A stretch of DNA of 64,000 nucleotides from Candidatus Helarchaeota archaeon (GTDB taxonomy: Archaea > Asgardarchaeota > Lokiarchaeia > Helarchaeales > RDOG01): NCBI GenBank assembly GCA_019058315.1, contig JAHPZH010000001.1, positions 1 to 64,000 of the forward strand, given 5' to 3'. The notes under the pieces were generated by a model. It did no database searches, was not told the origin of the DNA, and saw only the letters and a program-made list of their open reading frames with translations. This document shows positions 1 through 11,500 of the stretch, in pieces; position 1 is the stretch's first letter; every line of letters starts with the position of its first letter. Made by a program: the position numbers and the translations under genes.

Positions 1-188
1 GGCGTGGCAGTTTCGGGAGATGTTGCATACGTTGCCGCTTATGATGGAGACTTGCGGTGTGTAAATATTAGCGACCCGACCACCCCCTCTGAAATCGGCT
101 CTTGTTCTTTATCAGGATATGCATTCGGCGTGGCAGTTTCGGGAGATGTTGCATACGTTGCCGCTTATGATGGAGACTTGCGGTGTGT
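1..188 (+). repeat. Exact intragenic direct repeat (126-nt period) encoding LVIVD blades
   Basis: ggcgtggcagtttcgggagatgttgcatacgttgccgcttatgatggagacttgcggtgtgt occurs at 1 and again at about 127. Confidence 0.9.
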
Positions 189-1287
189 TAAGGTTAGACA
201 GTGTGGTGGTGATGATTTAGATTCGGATGGTCTTACTTTTCTTCAGGAAGTTTGGACGTATGATACGGATCCGACAGATGGTGACATGGATGATGATGGG
301 TTGACTGACGGTGATGAGATCTTGGTTTATGGAACTAATGTCACTGATACGGATACTGATGATGATCTTTTGGACGATTATGATGAGGCAATGGTATATC
401 ACAGTAATGGTTCTAATACAGACACGGATTATGACGGCTTGGGTGATTATAATGAAGTTTTTCTTTTTCCAACCAATTTAACAAAGAATGACACAGATGA
501 TGATGGTTTAAATGATTATGATGAAATTTTTATTTATCCGACTAACGCGACCAATAATGACACGGATAGTGATGGACTTAATGATTACGATGAACTGATG
601 GTCTATAATACAAATGCTCTTAACAACGACACTGATGGAGACGGGTTTGATGATTATGATGAAATTTTCGTCCATCCAACCGATCCGAGCGATCCAGACA
701 CGGATGCTGATGGTTTAAATGATTACAACGAGATCATTGTTTATCAAACCAATGCAACGAATAATGATACTGATGGTGATGGATTGCTGGATTACAGTGA
801 AGTTATAGTTTATCCGACTAATGCAACAGACAATGATACGGACGATGATGGACTGAACGATTATAACGAAGTTATGGTGTATCAAACTAATGCCACGAAT
901 AACGATACAGATTATGATGGACTTAATGATTCTGCAGAAATCAATATTTATAATACCAATCCAAATAGCAATGACACTGACGGGGATGGGTTTAGTGATT
1001 ACGACGAGATATTTGTTTATGGCACGGATCCAAACGTTCCAGAAACAGAAGATGGTAATATTCCGTTCATTCCACTACCAAGTAGTCTTGATTTCTTCCT
1101 TTCACCACTCGGCTTGGGAATCATTATTGGTCTTATTGCGGCGTTTTCGATAACCACAGCAATTCTGATTAAAAATAATAAAACAATTAAAGAGCTTCAG
1201 GAAGATAACAAGAGGATCAAAGAGAAATATGAAAAGATCGGAAAAACATCAACTGCAAAAACTTCTACAGATAAGAAAAAAATATAG
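1..1287 (+). CDS. Cell-surface protein, 5'-partial: LVIVD beta-propeller repeats, Ca-binding DTDxDGLxDxxE (TSP3-like) repeats, C-terminal TM anchor
   Basis: Repeated VAVSGDVAYVAAYDGDLRCV; about 12 repeats of ~23 aa (NxTNNDTDxDGLNDYxE); TM segment FFLSPLGLGIIIGLIAAFSITTAILI followed by a Lys-rich tail. Confidence 0.85.
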   Translation, partial: GVAVSGDVAYVAAYDGDLRCVNISDPTTPSEIGSCSLSGYAFGVAVSGDVAYVAAYDGDLRCVKVRQCGGDDLDSDGLTFLQEVWTYDTDPTDGDMDDDGLTDGDEILVYGTNVTDTDTDDDLLDDYDEAMVYHSNGSNTDTDYDGLGDYNEVFLFPTNLTKNDTDDDGLNDYDEIFIYPTNATNNDTDSDGLNDYDELMVYNTNALNNDTDGDGFDDYDEIFVHPTDPSDPDTDADGLNDYNEIIVYQTNATNNDTDGDGLLDYSEVIVYPTNATDNDTDDDGLNDYNEVMVYQTNATNNDTDYDGLNDSAEINIYNTNPNSNDTDGDGFSDYDEIFVYGTDPNVPETEDGNIPFIPLPSSLDFFLSPLGLGIIIGLIAAFSITTAILIKNNKTIKELQEDNKRIKEKYEKIGKTSTAKTSTDKKKI

Positions 1288-1418
1288 AGCTATTAATTCT
1301 CAAATCTCTTCTTTTTTTAATTTTCAGGTATGAAATTTAAATCTAAAAAAATAGAAAATGCTTGGAATAAATGCAACTGGATTTTAAATTTATAATAAAA
1401 TGAAAAAATATAAAAAAA

Positions 1419-2294
1419 TTAATATTCTTTTGGCATATCTTTGAGTTGCGATTGAGTAAAGACTGGGCCATCTGTACAAACGTATTTTTCTCCGACCATA
1501 CAATGTCCGCATTTTCCAATCCCACATTTCATTCTGTTCTCTAGAGAGAGCAAAATATCATCATCGTGGAATCCAAAATCTTTCAGAACTGGTATGGTAA
1601 ATCTGATCATTATTGGGGGACCACAAACTAATGCAATCGTCTGTTCACAAGTTGGGTGCGTTTTTGCAAGAGTAACAGTTTTACAAATATCTGGGACATA
1701 TCCCACGTTAAATTTCCAAGTATCTTCGCCAACATCGATAGTTAAATCGAGTTTAATATCGTCTCTTTTCTTCCAATCATCTAGATCATATTTGTAGATC
1801 ATTTCACCAGAATTTCGAGCTCCGTATAGAACTGCAATATCTCCAAAGTCTTGTCTATTATCTGGATAGAGCATATATCTTACAAGTGCACGTAGTGTTG
1901 TGAAGGCAAATCCTCCACCAATTATAAGTATATGATGCCCTTTCAATCGCTCCATGGGCCAACCATTTCCAAAAGGTCCTCTCAAGCCTATTGTGTCTCC
2001 TTCTTTCATCTCATGTAGTGCAGTAGTTACTACACCCACTTTTTTTACAGTAAATTCGACATAGTCCCCATCTGTTGGGCTAGAAGCAATCCCAATAGGA
2101 CATTCTCCATAACCAAATATAGTTAATCCACCGAATTGACCTGGTATATGCTTATATGCTTTTGCATCTTCAGGATTTTGGAATTCTAAACGGAAAGTTT
2201 TTAGGTCGTTTATATCATTTTCTTGAACTATTTTTGAAATAGTAGTTAATTTTGGAACGTATGGGTTATCTGTTTTTAAACTTGTTTCTGTCAA
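1419..2294 (-). CDS. flxA: FAD/NAD(P)-binding [2Fe-2S] oxidoreductase, FlxA/AsrB/PyrK family
   Basis: PGQF, LRGPFGNG, IGGGFA, CGPPIM, RMKCGIGKCGHC...VCTDGPVF; last gene of the hdr-flx operon. Confidence 0.85.
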   Translation of the reverse strand: MTETSLKTDNPYVPKLTTISKIVQENDINDLKTFRLEFQNPEDAKAYKHIPGQFGGLTIFGYGECPIGIASSPTDGDYVEFTVKKVGVVTTALHEMKEGDTIGLRGPFGNGWPMERLKGHHILIIGGGFAFTTLRALVRYMLYPDNRQDFGDIAVLYGARNSGEMIYKYDLDDWKKRDDIKLDLTIDVGEDTWKFNVGYVPDICKTVTLAKTHPTCEQTIALVCGPPIMIRFTIPVLKDFGFHDDDILLSLENRMKCGIGKCGHCMVGEKYVCTDGPVFTQSQLKDMPKEY

Positions 2295-3334
2295 GCTTTT
2301 TCACCTCCTACTTCCATCAATTTTTTTAAAGCTTCACGAATATCTTGATTAACAGGACAGGAAATAACACACCGTCCACATCCCACACATCCTATTTCAT
2401 TAAGTGTATGGGGATAATAATTAAATTTATGCATGATTCTTTGACGCATTCTCTCTTTACCAGCTGGTCGTGGGTTGTGTCCCGAACCATGAAGTGTAAA
2501 TAGAGGTAATTGGCAAGAATCCCAAATTCTTATTCTTTTACCACCATTAGCAGTCGGCTCATCAACTACATCAAAACAATGGCAAGTGGGACATACGAAA
2601 GTACACACCGAACAACCTACACATTTATCCACAAATTGGACCCAAACTGGATCGTTAAATAAATCATCAGTTGTTATTGTAATTTTGTCTATAGGCAGTT
2701 TTTTCATAGCATCTTCAGCTTTTTTAGCAAGTTCTTTTGCTTTATCTAAATCACCTGATCCAGCGTCTTTAAGCCAAGAAACTTTCCCAAGTAATTTAGT
2801 TCCTTTGTCCGAAACTGCTTCTACCAGATATTTATCATCAATATCGACTAATTGAATATCTAAACCATCTTTCGCATGCGGATGTCCTCCGACAGAAGAA
2901 CAAAAACAAGTACTTAGGGGATCATTGCAAGCCATTCCAATTAAAATCATATTTTTACGTTTTTGAGTGAAATATTTATCGTCAAATTCTCTTCCCGAGA
3001 AAAATTTGTCCATCAAGAGAAAACTCTTTACATCACAAGCTCTTATGCCAAAAATTATTTTATTTCTATCATCTACTGGTGGCGTCATTAATTGTATACC
3101 ACTTTCTGTATTCACATAAGAATATAGAACTTCAGTCTGTGGGAGAATAATTTCCTTTGGAGGTATTTTACTATTAATTCTAACATTATAAAGGGATAAA
3201 TCTACTTCGGAACTCGAAGAAATTTCTTTTAAAAGAATAAAATCTTTCTCTCTCGTCGGGGCAATTACCGTATAATCTTTGATCAATTCATCAAGTAATT
3301 TTGCAACTTCATTTTTTGGTAATATCTTTGCCAT
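2291..3334 (-). CDS. flxB: 4Fe-4S protein, FlxB/AsrA family
   Basis: GIRACD, CFCSSVG, CVGCSVCTFVCPTCHCF, CVGCGRCVISCP. Confidence 0.8.
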   Translation of the reverse strand: MAKILPKNEVAKLLDELIKDYTVIAPTREKDFILLKEISSSSEVDLSLYNVRINSKIPPKEIILPQTEVLYSYVNTESGIQLMTPPVDDRNKIIFGIRACDVKSFLLMDKFFSGREFDDKYFTQKRKNMILIGMACNDPLSTCFCSSVGGHPHAKDGLDIQLVDIDDKYLVEAVSDKGTKLLGKVSWLKDAGSGDLDKAKELAKKAEDAMKKLPIDKITITTDDLFNDPVWVQFVDKCVGCSVCTFVCPTCHCFDVVDEPTANGGKRIRIWDSCQLPLFTLHGSGHNPRPAGKERMRQRIMHKFNYYPHTLNEIGCVGCGRCVISCPVNQDIREALKKLMEVGGEKA

Positions 3335-3336
3335 AA

Positions 3337-4350
3337 TTATTCAACCTCCTTATCCATGATAAATTCTTGTGGATCATCCAGTTTATGAGTTGCCATAGGT
3401 GCTGGTTCTTCCTTTTTAACACCAGTCTCAAATCCATATCTCTCTTTAACTGTCTTAGCCATTTTTCGATTAAGTAATCGTATATTGATGCCCATAGGAC
3501 AAGCTCGAGTGCATGCACCACAGTTTACACAGCGTCCAGCTAAGTGAATGGCACGAACTATATGATATATTATAGTATCGTTGATATCGGTTGTTTTACC
3601 AAACCATAATGGCTGAGAAGCATCCACAAAACATTCATGACAATAGCACATTGGACACACATTTCTGCAAGCGTAACAGCGAATACAATCTTTTAATTCT
3701 TCCTTAAAATATTCCCACCTTTCATCAGGAGTTTTCTTTTCGAATTCTATAATGTCTGCGAAATCATCATCTATAACTTGATCAGGAAGCTCTCCAATTA
3801 CAACATCGCAAACTGAAGAATCAAAGGGTAAATGAGCCTTACATGAGTCAAATATAAAATCTTTTTTAGGAAAAGTCTTTTCAAAATCTTTTCCTTTTAT
3901 TTTTATCGTATCATTTGAAACTGAGCCTTCTAGTATCTCTTTTCCATCTAATTCCTTGTCTATTTTTTTCCGATCTATAATACCAGGACAAGGTAAACCA
4001 ATTATCACAATATTTTCTAGATTAAATTGATTTTCTAGACCTAGAGCAACTATAGAACGGATATCATGAGATTTAGCAGTTACCCCTATTCTCTCCCAAG
4101 GCGGTTTATCCCCTCTTGTTCTTTCTCTCATTGCTTTTTCATCAGTTTTTCTCTTCATTATATAATTTGCTAGGTTTGCTTCACAAAATGAATTCCAAAC
4201 TAGTTTATCAACCTCTTCTGCACTCTTAATAGCGACTGGAACTGCGCGAAGCGGTAAACTACCCATTTGGTATCCTATTACTACATCAACACTCTTATCT
4301 TTGAGTATTTTCTTTACTGCTTCTTTCATTTGGTTTTCAATATCTGACAT
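3337..4350 (-). CDS. flxC: 4Fe-4S protein, FlxC (FdhB/FrhB-like)
   Basis: CIRCYACRNVCPMCYCHEC, HLAGRCVNCGACTRACP; lies between mvhD and flxB. Confidence 0.75.
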   Translation of the reverse strand: MSDIENQMKEAVKKILKDKSVDVVIGYQMGSLPLRAVPVAIKSAEEVDKLVWNSFCEANLANYIMKRKTDEKAMRERTRGDKPPWERIGVTAKSHDIRSIVALGLENQFNLENIVIIGLPCPGIIDRKKIDKELDGKEILEGSVSNDTIKIKGKDFEKTFPKKDFIFDSCKAHLPFDSSVCDVVIGELPDQVIDDDFADIIEFEKKTPDERWEYFKEELKDCIRCYACRNVCPMCYCHECFVDASQPLWFGKTTDINDTIIYHIVRAIHLAGRCVNCGACTRACPMGINIRLLNRKMAKTVKERYGFETGVKKEEPAPMATHKLDDPQEFIMDKEVE

Positions 4351-4351
4351 T

Positions 4352-4777
4352 TTAAGCCTCCTGTTTTACGAGTTTTTTAATCGGACCTACTTTTTTAACA
4401 CGATCTACTACTCGTTTGATAACTTTTGAGAATTTCTCTCCCTCTGCAGCCGATACCCATGAAAAATTAATCCTTTCTGGCTCAATTCCAATGAATTCAA
4501 GCATATCATGTAGAAGAGCAAATCGCCTCCTTGCTGAGTAGTTACCAGCGAGATAATGACAATCGCCTGGGTGACAACCTGAGACTAAAAAACCATCCCA
4601 GCCAGCTTGAAGTGCTTTAATTAAATATAAGGGATTAATTCTTCCAGAACATGGAACTCTCACAATCCTTATATTAGGAGGATATTGAAGCCTGCTAATT
4701 CCTGCAAGATCCGCACCAGCATAGCTACACCAATTGCATAGAAATGCGATAATTTTTGGTTCCCATTCTTCTGACAT
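4352..4777 (-). CDS. mvhD: MvhD/FlxD [2Fe-2S] subunit
   Basis: AFLCNWCSYAGAD, PCSGR, GCHPGDCHY, WVSAAEG. Confidence 0.92.
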   Translation of the reverse strand: MSEEWEPKIIAFLCNWCSYAGADLAGISRLQYPPNIRIVRVPCSGRINPLYLIKALQAGWDGFLVSGCHPGDCHYLAGNYSARRRFALLHDMLEFIGIEPERINFSWVSAAEGEKFSKVIKRVVDRVKKVGPIKKLVKQEA

Positions 4778-7700
4778 TACATGAACCTCCGCGAATTAAT
4801 AACTAATGAAAGCTGTTCGTTAGTAAATCCTAAGAGATCTATCGCTGAACATCTACAATTAGCAGAACACGTTCCACAACCTTTACAAAGGGCTTCATTA
4901 ACAACTGCAATCATTTTGCCTCTGACTTCTTGTAAATCTATTGCATTATAAGGACAATTTTCAACACAAAGTCCACAAGCCGTGCATCGAGCAGGATTTA
5001 CTTGTGCAACGACACCTTCTGCTTCAATTGAATCTTTACTCAAGATTGTAGTTGCCCGACTAACAGTTGCATTAGCTTGAGAGATTGATTCTTGGATTGA
5101 TTTAGGAGCATGAGCTAAACCGCATACAAATATACCTTCAGTCGCAAAATCGACAGGACGTAGCTTCATATGTGCCTCAAGGAAGAAATAATCTTCATTT
5201 AAGGGAACCTTCAGCATAGGAGCTAATGCTTCGTTTGCTTCAATTGGTGCAACAATACCCGCACTTAGGACTAATAAATCCGGTTCAAGTGTAATTTTCC
5301 CAGTATTTGGTTCATTAACAGTTACTGTTAGAAGTCCATTTTGTTTATTAGCAACTGGAGGATCCATTTCATCAAATCTAATGAAAGTTACCCCATTCTC
5401 CCGTGATAATCTATAGTATTTCTCCTTCAAACCATAAGTTCGAATATCTTTATATAGAACAACAATTTCACTATCTGGACTTTTTTCTTTTATTTTTAGA
5501 GCGTTTTTAATTGCTTCAGCACAGCATACACGACTACAATAAGGATGTTCCTCATTCCTGCTTCCAACACACTGAATCATAACAATCTTCTTGTATTTAG
5601 CGAAGTCTACAGTGCCATATAGTCCTCTTTCTACTTCAGATTGTGTCATAACTCTGGGATCTTCTCCGTATAAATATTCTTTCGGTTTATATTCAAGCCC
5701 TCCGGTTGCGACAACAATCACACCATGTTCTACCTCTTTCTTTCCTCCATTATAGGATATTGTTGTTTTGAAGTTTCCGACATATCCGTCTATAGCATCA
5801 ATGGTTGAATTTAGGAAAACATTAATTTTATCATTACTATTTACTTTTTTGATTGTCTCCTTCAAGTATGCTTGAACATCATCGCCTTCAACAGTGGCAT
5901 AAATATTATTTGCAAAACCACCTAGTTTATCGGATTTTTCTAGTAAGAATGTTTCATAACCTTGATCAGCAAAACCCATAGCCGCAGACATGCCTGCTAT
6001 ACCTCCACCTATTACAAGAGCCTTTCTTGTAACATTGAGAGCAATTCTTTGTAATGGTTGAATTTTATTCGCTTTAGCTACTGCCATACGAACTAACTCT
6101 TTGGCTTTTTCAGTAGCTTTCTCTGGCTCGTGCATGTGAACCCAAGAACATTGATCTCGGATGTTTGCCATTTCGAAAAGATAACGATTTAGTCCTGCTT
6201 CTCGGCAAGTTTCTTGAAATAGTGGTTCATGCGTCCTGGGAGTGCAGCTAGCAACAATTACCCTGTTAAGATCATATTCTTGAATCTTTTCTTTTATTAA
6301 ACCTTGAGTATCTGCAGAACACGTATAAAGGTTACGATCAGCTAGAACTACATTGGGTAATGTCTTGCAGTATTCCACAACTGCTGGAACATCAACGGTT
6401 CCACCGATATTTATACCACAATGACAAATGAAACATCCAATACGTGGTGGCTTACCTCTTACATCTTTTTCTGGAGGTAGTGCCTTTGGTGTTACTAACT
6501 TTCCTCTTGCAGGAGCTAATAATGCATTAACTCTACCTGCGGCAGCGCTGGCTTCTGCAACTGTTTCTGGAATATCTTTCGGAGAATTAAAAGCTCCACA
6601 AACATATACTCCAGATCTTGATGAATCAACAGGAGAAAATGAAGCTGTTTGACAAAATCCATATTGATCAAGATTAACACCTGCCGCAGTAGCAAGCTCT
6701 TTAGAACCATCTGTCGGGTTTAAACCTACGGCTAGAACAACCATATTAAATATTTCTTCGATAATTTCTCCTTTACCATCTTCATAGGTCAATACTAAAT
6801 CATGAGTTTCGGGTATTTCTTCAATAGAAGCAATTCTACGTCTTATGTAGCGAACTCCATATTCTTCTTGTGCTCTCGCAATATACTTATCAAAATCCTT
6901 TCCAAAAGCTCGAATATCCATTGAGAATATTGTAGGATTAACTTGATGTTGATGCTCTTTAGCAATAACCGCTTCCTTAGCGGTATACATGCAGCACACA
7001 CTTGAACAATACTCCTTTGAGTGAGCTGGGTCACGCGAACCTATGCATTGAAGAAAAGCTACCTTGCTTGGAATATCTCCATCTGATGGTCGGAGAACTA
7101 AACCGCCGAATGGACCGCTAGCACTTAAAATTCGTTCAAATTCAATTGAAGTAACAACATTTGGATACTTTCCATAGCCATACATTTTTAGTGGGGTTGG
7201 ATCGAACTCGTCAAAGCCAATGGCTAAAATTACCGCTCCTACATTAAGCTCAATTGTCTTATCTGTTTGAACATATTCAATTGCATGAGCTTTGCAGACT
7301 CCTTCACAAATACCGCAACCAATACATTTATCTTTATCAATGCAGAAAATTAAGGGGACCGCTTGAGGATATTTTACAGAAACTGCCTTATTGCTTGACA
7401 ATCTCTCATTAAATATATCAATAGCCTCAGTAGGACAATTTCTGGCACAGACTCCACAACCAGTACAAACATCTTCTTTGATGTATCTCGATTTTTTATA
7501 TAGTGTCGCTTTAAAATTTCCTGCTTCACCTTCAAGTTTTTGTAATTGCGCATTGGTAATTATCTCTATATTAGGATGACGTCCTGTAGCAACCAATTTA
7601 GGGCTTACGATACACATAGCACAATCGTTGGTTGGAAAAGTCTTATCCAATTGTGCCATAACGCCTCCAATGCTTGTACTGGATTCCAAAAGATAAACTT

Positions 7701-7794
7701 TGAATCCAGAATCTCCTAAATCAAGTGAAGCTTGTGATCCAGCTATTCCGCCACCAATAATTAAAACTGAACCTATTTTATCTGTCATAATCAC
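4777..7794 (-). CDS. hdrA: Heterodisulfide reductase subunit A, long (~1000 aa) form with two FAD modules
   Basis: IGGGIAG, QLDKTFPTNDCAMC, EFERIL, CSSVCCMY, CHCGINI, second IGGGIAG, C-terminal ferredoxin. Confidence 0.92.
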   Translation of the reverse strand: MIMTDKIGSVLIIGGGIAGSQASLDLGDSGFKVYLLESSTSIGGVMAQLDKTFPTNDCAMCIVSPKLVATGRHPNIEIITNAQLQKLEGEAGNFKATLYKKSRYIKEDVCTGCGVCARNCPTEAIDIFNERLSSNKAVSVKYPQAVPLIFCIDKDKCIGCGICEGVCKAHAIEYVQTDKTIELNVGAVILAIGFDEFDPTPLKMYGYGKYPNVVTSIEFERILSASGPFGGLVLRPSDGDIPSKVAFLQCIGSRDPAHSKEYCSSVCCMYTAKEAVIAKEHQHQVNPTIFSMDIRAFGKDFDKYIARAQEEYGVRYIRRRIASIEEIPETHDLVLTYEDGKGEIIEEIFNMVVLAVGLNPTDGSKELATAAGVNLDQYGFCQTASFSPVDSSRSGVYVCGAFNSPKDIPETVAEASAAAGRVNALLAPARGKLVTPKALPPEKDVRGKPPRIGCFICHCGINIGGTVDVPAVVEYCKTLPNVVLADRNLYTCSADTQGLIKEKIQEYDLNRVIVASCTPRTHEPLFQETCREAGLNRYLFEMANIRDQCSWVHMHEPEKATEKAKELVRMAVAKANKIQPLQRIALNVTRKALVIGGGIAGMSAAMGFADQGYETFLLEKSDKLGGFANNIYATVEGDDVQAYLKETIKKVNSNDKINVFLNSTIDAIDGYVGNFKTTISYNGGKKEVEHGVIVVATGGLEYKPKEYLYGEDPRVMTQSEVERGLYGTVDFAKYKKIVMIQCVGSRNEEHPYCSRVCCAEAIKNALKIKEKSPDSEIVVLYKDIRTYGLKEKYYRLSRENGVTFIRFDEMDPPVANKQNGLLTVTVNEPNTGKITLEPDLLVLSAGIVAPIEANEALAPMLKVPLNEDYFFLEAHMKLRPVDFATEGIFVCGLAHAPKSIQESISQANATVSRATTILSKDSIEAEGVVAQVNPARCTACGLCVENCPYNAIDLQEVRGKMIAVVNEALCKGCGTCSANCRCSAIDLLGFTNEQLSLVINSRRFM

Positions 7795-8549
7795 ACCTCT
7801 ATAGAAACATAATATGGGGTTACATTATCTATTCTATCTACTGCAACAAGGCCTCTTTGTCTAAGAATTACAACATGTCTAAGAACCTCTTGGGAATCTA
7901 AATCGATATTTTTCGCAACTTCCTTTACAGATTTTGGTTCTTTTAACTGTAGAACTATTCTATTTCTTTTAAACTCGGCCAATATTGCCTCATCAGTAAA
8001 ATTATCAAATTCTTCTTCTATAACTTTCTCTCCGTATACATTTCCATCTGCTAATAAGGGTCTTTTTCTCCCTATAAGTGTTCGAATTCGAAAATCTTCT
8101 GCAACTCTCTGTACTGCCTTAAACTTTTCTAATAATACTGGGTCACCATTTTTCAATGGTGAAGGACCAAGACTTCTTATTTTATCAGTGAAATCTTTTA
8201 CAACTTGAGAGAAGCGAAGTCCCTCTGCTGCTGAAACCCATTCTAACATTAATCGATCATCTAAATTTACGAGTTTTAATATCTTCATAAGTGTTTGAAT
8301 TTTAATTTGAGCATCGTAATTGCCACTTAGGTAATGACAATCGCCCAAATGGCAGCCCAAAACAGCGACTCCATCAAATCCGTTTTCAAAGGCTTTAGTA
8401 ACAATAAAAGGGTCTATTCTCCCACTACACATGACTCTAATTATACGCAAATTCGTGGGATATTGGAATCTACTTACACCAGCTAGGTCTGCCCCAGCGT
8501 AACTACACCAATTGCATAAGAAACCTATAATCTTTGGTTCGAAACTCAC
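7791..8549 (-). CDS. mvhD: MvhD with a ~120-aa C-terminal extension ending in a wHTH-like segment
   Basis: GFLCNWCSYAGAD, GCHLGDCHY; tail PKSVKEVAKNIDLDSQEVLRHVVILRQRGLV. Confidence 0.85.
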   Translation of the reverse strand: MSFEPKIIGFLCNWCSYAGADLAGVSRFQYPTNLRIIRVMCSGRIDPFIVTKAFENGFDGVAVLGCHLGDCHYLSGNYDAQIKIQTLMKILKLVNLDDRLMLEWVSAAEGLRFSQVVKDFTDKIRSLGPSPLKNGDPVLLEKFKAVQRVAEDFRIRTLIGRKRPLLADGNVYGEKVIEEEFDNFTDEAILAEFKRNRIVLQLKEPKSVKEVAKNIDLDSQEVLRHVVILRQRGLVAVDRIDNVTPYYVSIEV

Positions 8550-8550
8550 T

Positions 8551-11500
8551 TTATTTACCTCCTTTTATTGCAAAAATTTGAGATATTAACTGATCTGTGG
8601 TAAAATGACGAATTGTAACTGCGCTTGCTGGACAACTTGAACAACAAACACCACATCCTTTACATACAGCTCCAATTACCTCAACTTGCTCGTCTTCATT
8701 TTTTCTAATTGCTCCGAATGGACACAGTTTTATACATGTTTCACAACCGACACACAAATCTTGGTCAATGTAAGCTGTGACGCCACCAACTTTGATTTGA
8801 TCCTTTGCTAATATAGTAACTGATCTTGCGGCTGCTCCTTTTGCTTGGGCAATAGTCTCATTGATGAGCTTCGGCCATTGTGCACCACCACATAAGAAGA
8901 CACCATCAGTAGCGAAATCTAGTGGTCTCAATTTTACATGAGCCTCAAGGAAGAAACCATTAGCTTCTAAGGGAACCTTTAGCATTTGCGAGAGCTCTTT
9001 AGCTTCTGCGGGCAAAAATGCAGCACTCAATACTAGAAGATCAGCATTAAGCTCTATTTTTTGATTTAATAATGCATGTTTAACAGTAATCGTAAGACCC
9101 TTTGCTAAACTAACTTCAGGTGGTGATTCTTTTTCAAAACGGATAAATATAACTCCCTTTTCTCTTGCTTCTCTATAATAATCCTCTTTAAAACCATAAG
9201 CTCGTAAATCCCTATATAATACAACAATGTTAGTATTTGGGTTCCTTTCTTTTAATTTTAAAGCATTCTTAATCGCAAGAGAGCAGCATATTTTGCTACA
9301 ATAAGGACGTTCATCGTTCCTCGATCCTACGCACTGGATCATAACTACAGAATTAGGATTTACTTGATTCTTTGCTATCTTTGTTTCTAGTTCGTGTTGT
9401 GTTAATATTTTGTCACTCTTTCCGTACTCATACTCTTTTGGCTTGTATTCATTTCCACCTGTGGCTACAATAATCACTCCACTGTCTAAATCATCTTTAG
9501 TGCCATTTTTACTGACTGTAGTTACGAAATTTCCAACAAATCCTTGAATGTCATCAATATTAGCACCTGTATATACTTTGATTTTATCATGATTTTTAAC
9601 TTGATTGATAAGATCTTTGAGGAATTTCTGAGGATCTGAGCCATCAATAAGATAATGAATGTCTCTTACAAGACCTCCAAGTTCTTTCTCTTTCTCAATT
9701 AAAAATGTTTGATAACCTTGATTAGCCAATTCTAATGCTGCTGTCATACCACCAATACCACCACCGATTACAAGCCCCGAATGTTTTATATCTACCATAG
9801 TTTCTTGTATGGGATTTAATAAACCAGCTTTTGCTACACCCATTGCAACGAGCTCTTTTGCCTTTTCGGTTGCTGCTTCAGGTTCAGACATGTGAACCCA
9901 TGAACATTGTTCGCGTAAATTGACAAATTCGAATAAAAATGGATTTAATCCAGCTTCTCGTATGGTATTTTGAAAGAGAGGTTCGTGAGTCCTCGGAGTG
10001 CAACTGGCGACAACAACTCTATTCAATTTATGTTCCTTTATTTTTTCTTTCATAATTTCCTGAGTATCGGCACTACACGTGTATAAATTTTCTTCAGCAT
10101 AAACTATATTTGGGAGCGTTTTAGCGAATTTTACAACTTCTGGAACATCAACAACGCCTCCAATATTAATCCCACAATGGCAAATAAACGCCCCAACCCT
10201 AGGTTCTTGCCCTTCTATTGATAATTCGTCAGGATATTCCTTCTTAGTAATTAATGTTTTTCTCACATCTGTAAGTAAAGTAGAAGCTTTTCCTGCAGCA
10301 CCACTTGCCTCTGCAACTGTTTCTGGGATGTCTTTGGGTCCAGAATATGTTCCACACACATAAATTCCAGGTCTACTTGTCTCTAAGGGAGTAGTTAATC
10401 CTGTAGCTGCAAAATTATACTTATCAATATTTATCCCAAAAGTCTTAGCTAATTCTGGTGATTCCTCAAATGGTGTTAATCCTATTGAGAGAACAACCAA
10501 ATCATAATTGTCTTCAATCATTTCTCCTGTTTCAGTATTTTCTAGAGTAGTTACTACGTCTCCAGTGTGCGGATCTTCTTGCATCATTGAGACTCTTCCT
10601 CTGAAAAACTCAATTCCCCTATTTTGGCCTCTTACATAAAATTCTTCGAAGCCTTTCCCAACAGTCCGCATGTCAATAAAACAGACATGGCATTTAAGGT
10701 CTGGAGCATGTTCCATGGCAATCAACGCTTGTTTTATTGTATACATGCAGCAGACAGCTGAACAATAACCCTTGTCTATTTTTGTATTTCTAGAACCAAT
10801 ACAATTCAACCATAATATTTTATGAGGATGTTTCATATCCAAAGGTCGGACTACATGACCTTTAAAAGGTCCTGAAGCATTTAAAATACGTTCAAACTCA
10901 AGGCTTGTTACCACATTTTTAATTTTACCATACCCGTACTGAGGTAATATTGAGGGATCAAAAGTATCGGTTCCTACTGCGAGAATTATTGCTCCTACAT
11001 TAATTTTAACTTGTTCGTCCTTTTGATTATGATCAACAGCTCCCACTTCGCATACTTTTTCGCAAATCTGACATATTCCATCTTGTAAATAAAGACAAGT
11101 TTCTTTATCAACAACATAAGTGGATGGTACTGCTTGTGGGAATGGAGTATAAATTGCAGTTCTAATACCAAGACCCATATTATACTCGTCTTTGACAGCT
11201 ATTGGACAATGGGTATGACATATACCACAAGCCTTACATTTGTCAGCATCAATAAATCTTGCTTTTTTCAAGAGAGTCACTTCGAAGTTGCCTGCTTGTC
11301 CTTCGACTTTTTCAACTTTACTATAAGTTATTAATTCAATATTAGGATCTCTGCCGACTTCGACCATTTTAGGGGCTAATATACACATTGAACAATCCAA
11401 TGTGGGAAATGTTTTATCTAATTGCCCCATAATTCCGCCAATACTTGGATTATTCTCAATCAAATAAACTTTATAACCTAACTCGGAGAGATCAAGGGAA

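Noticed and set aside
1419-3334. Anaerobic sulfite reductase AsrAB or sulfhydrogenase beta/gamma
   Set aside because: No AsrC or hydrogenase large subunit nearby; the hdrABC-mvhD context indicates Flx
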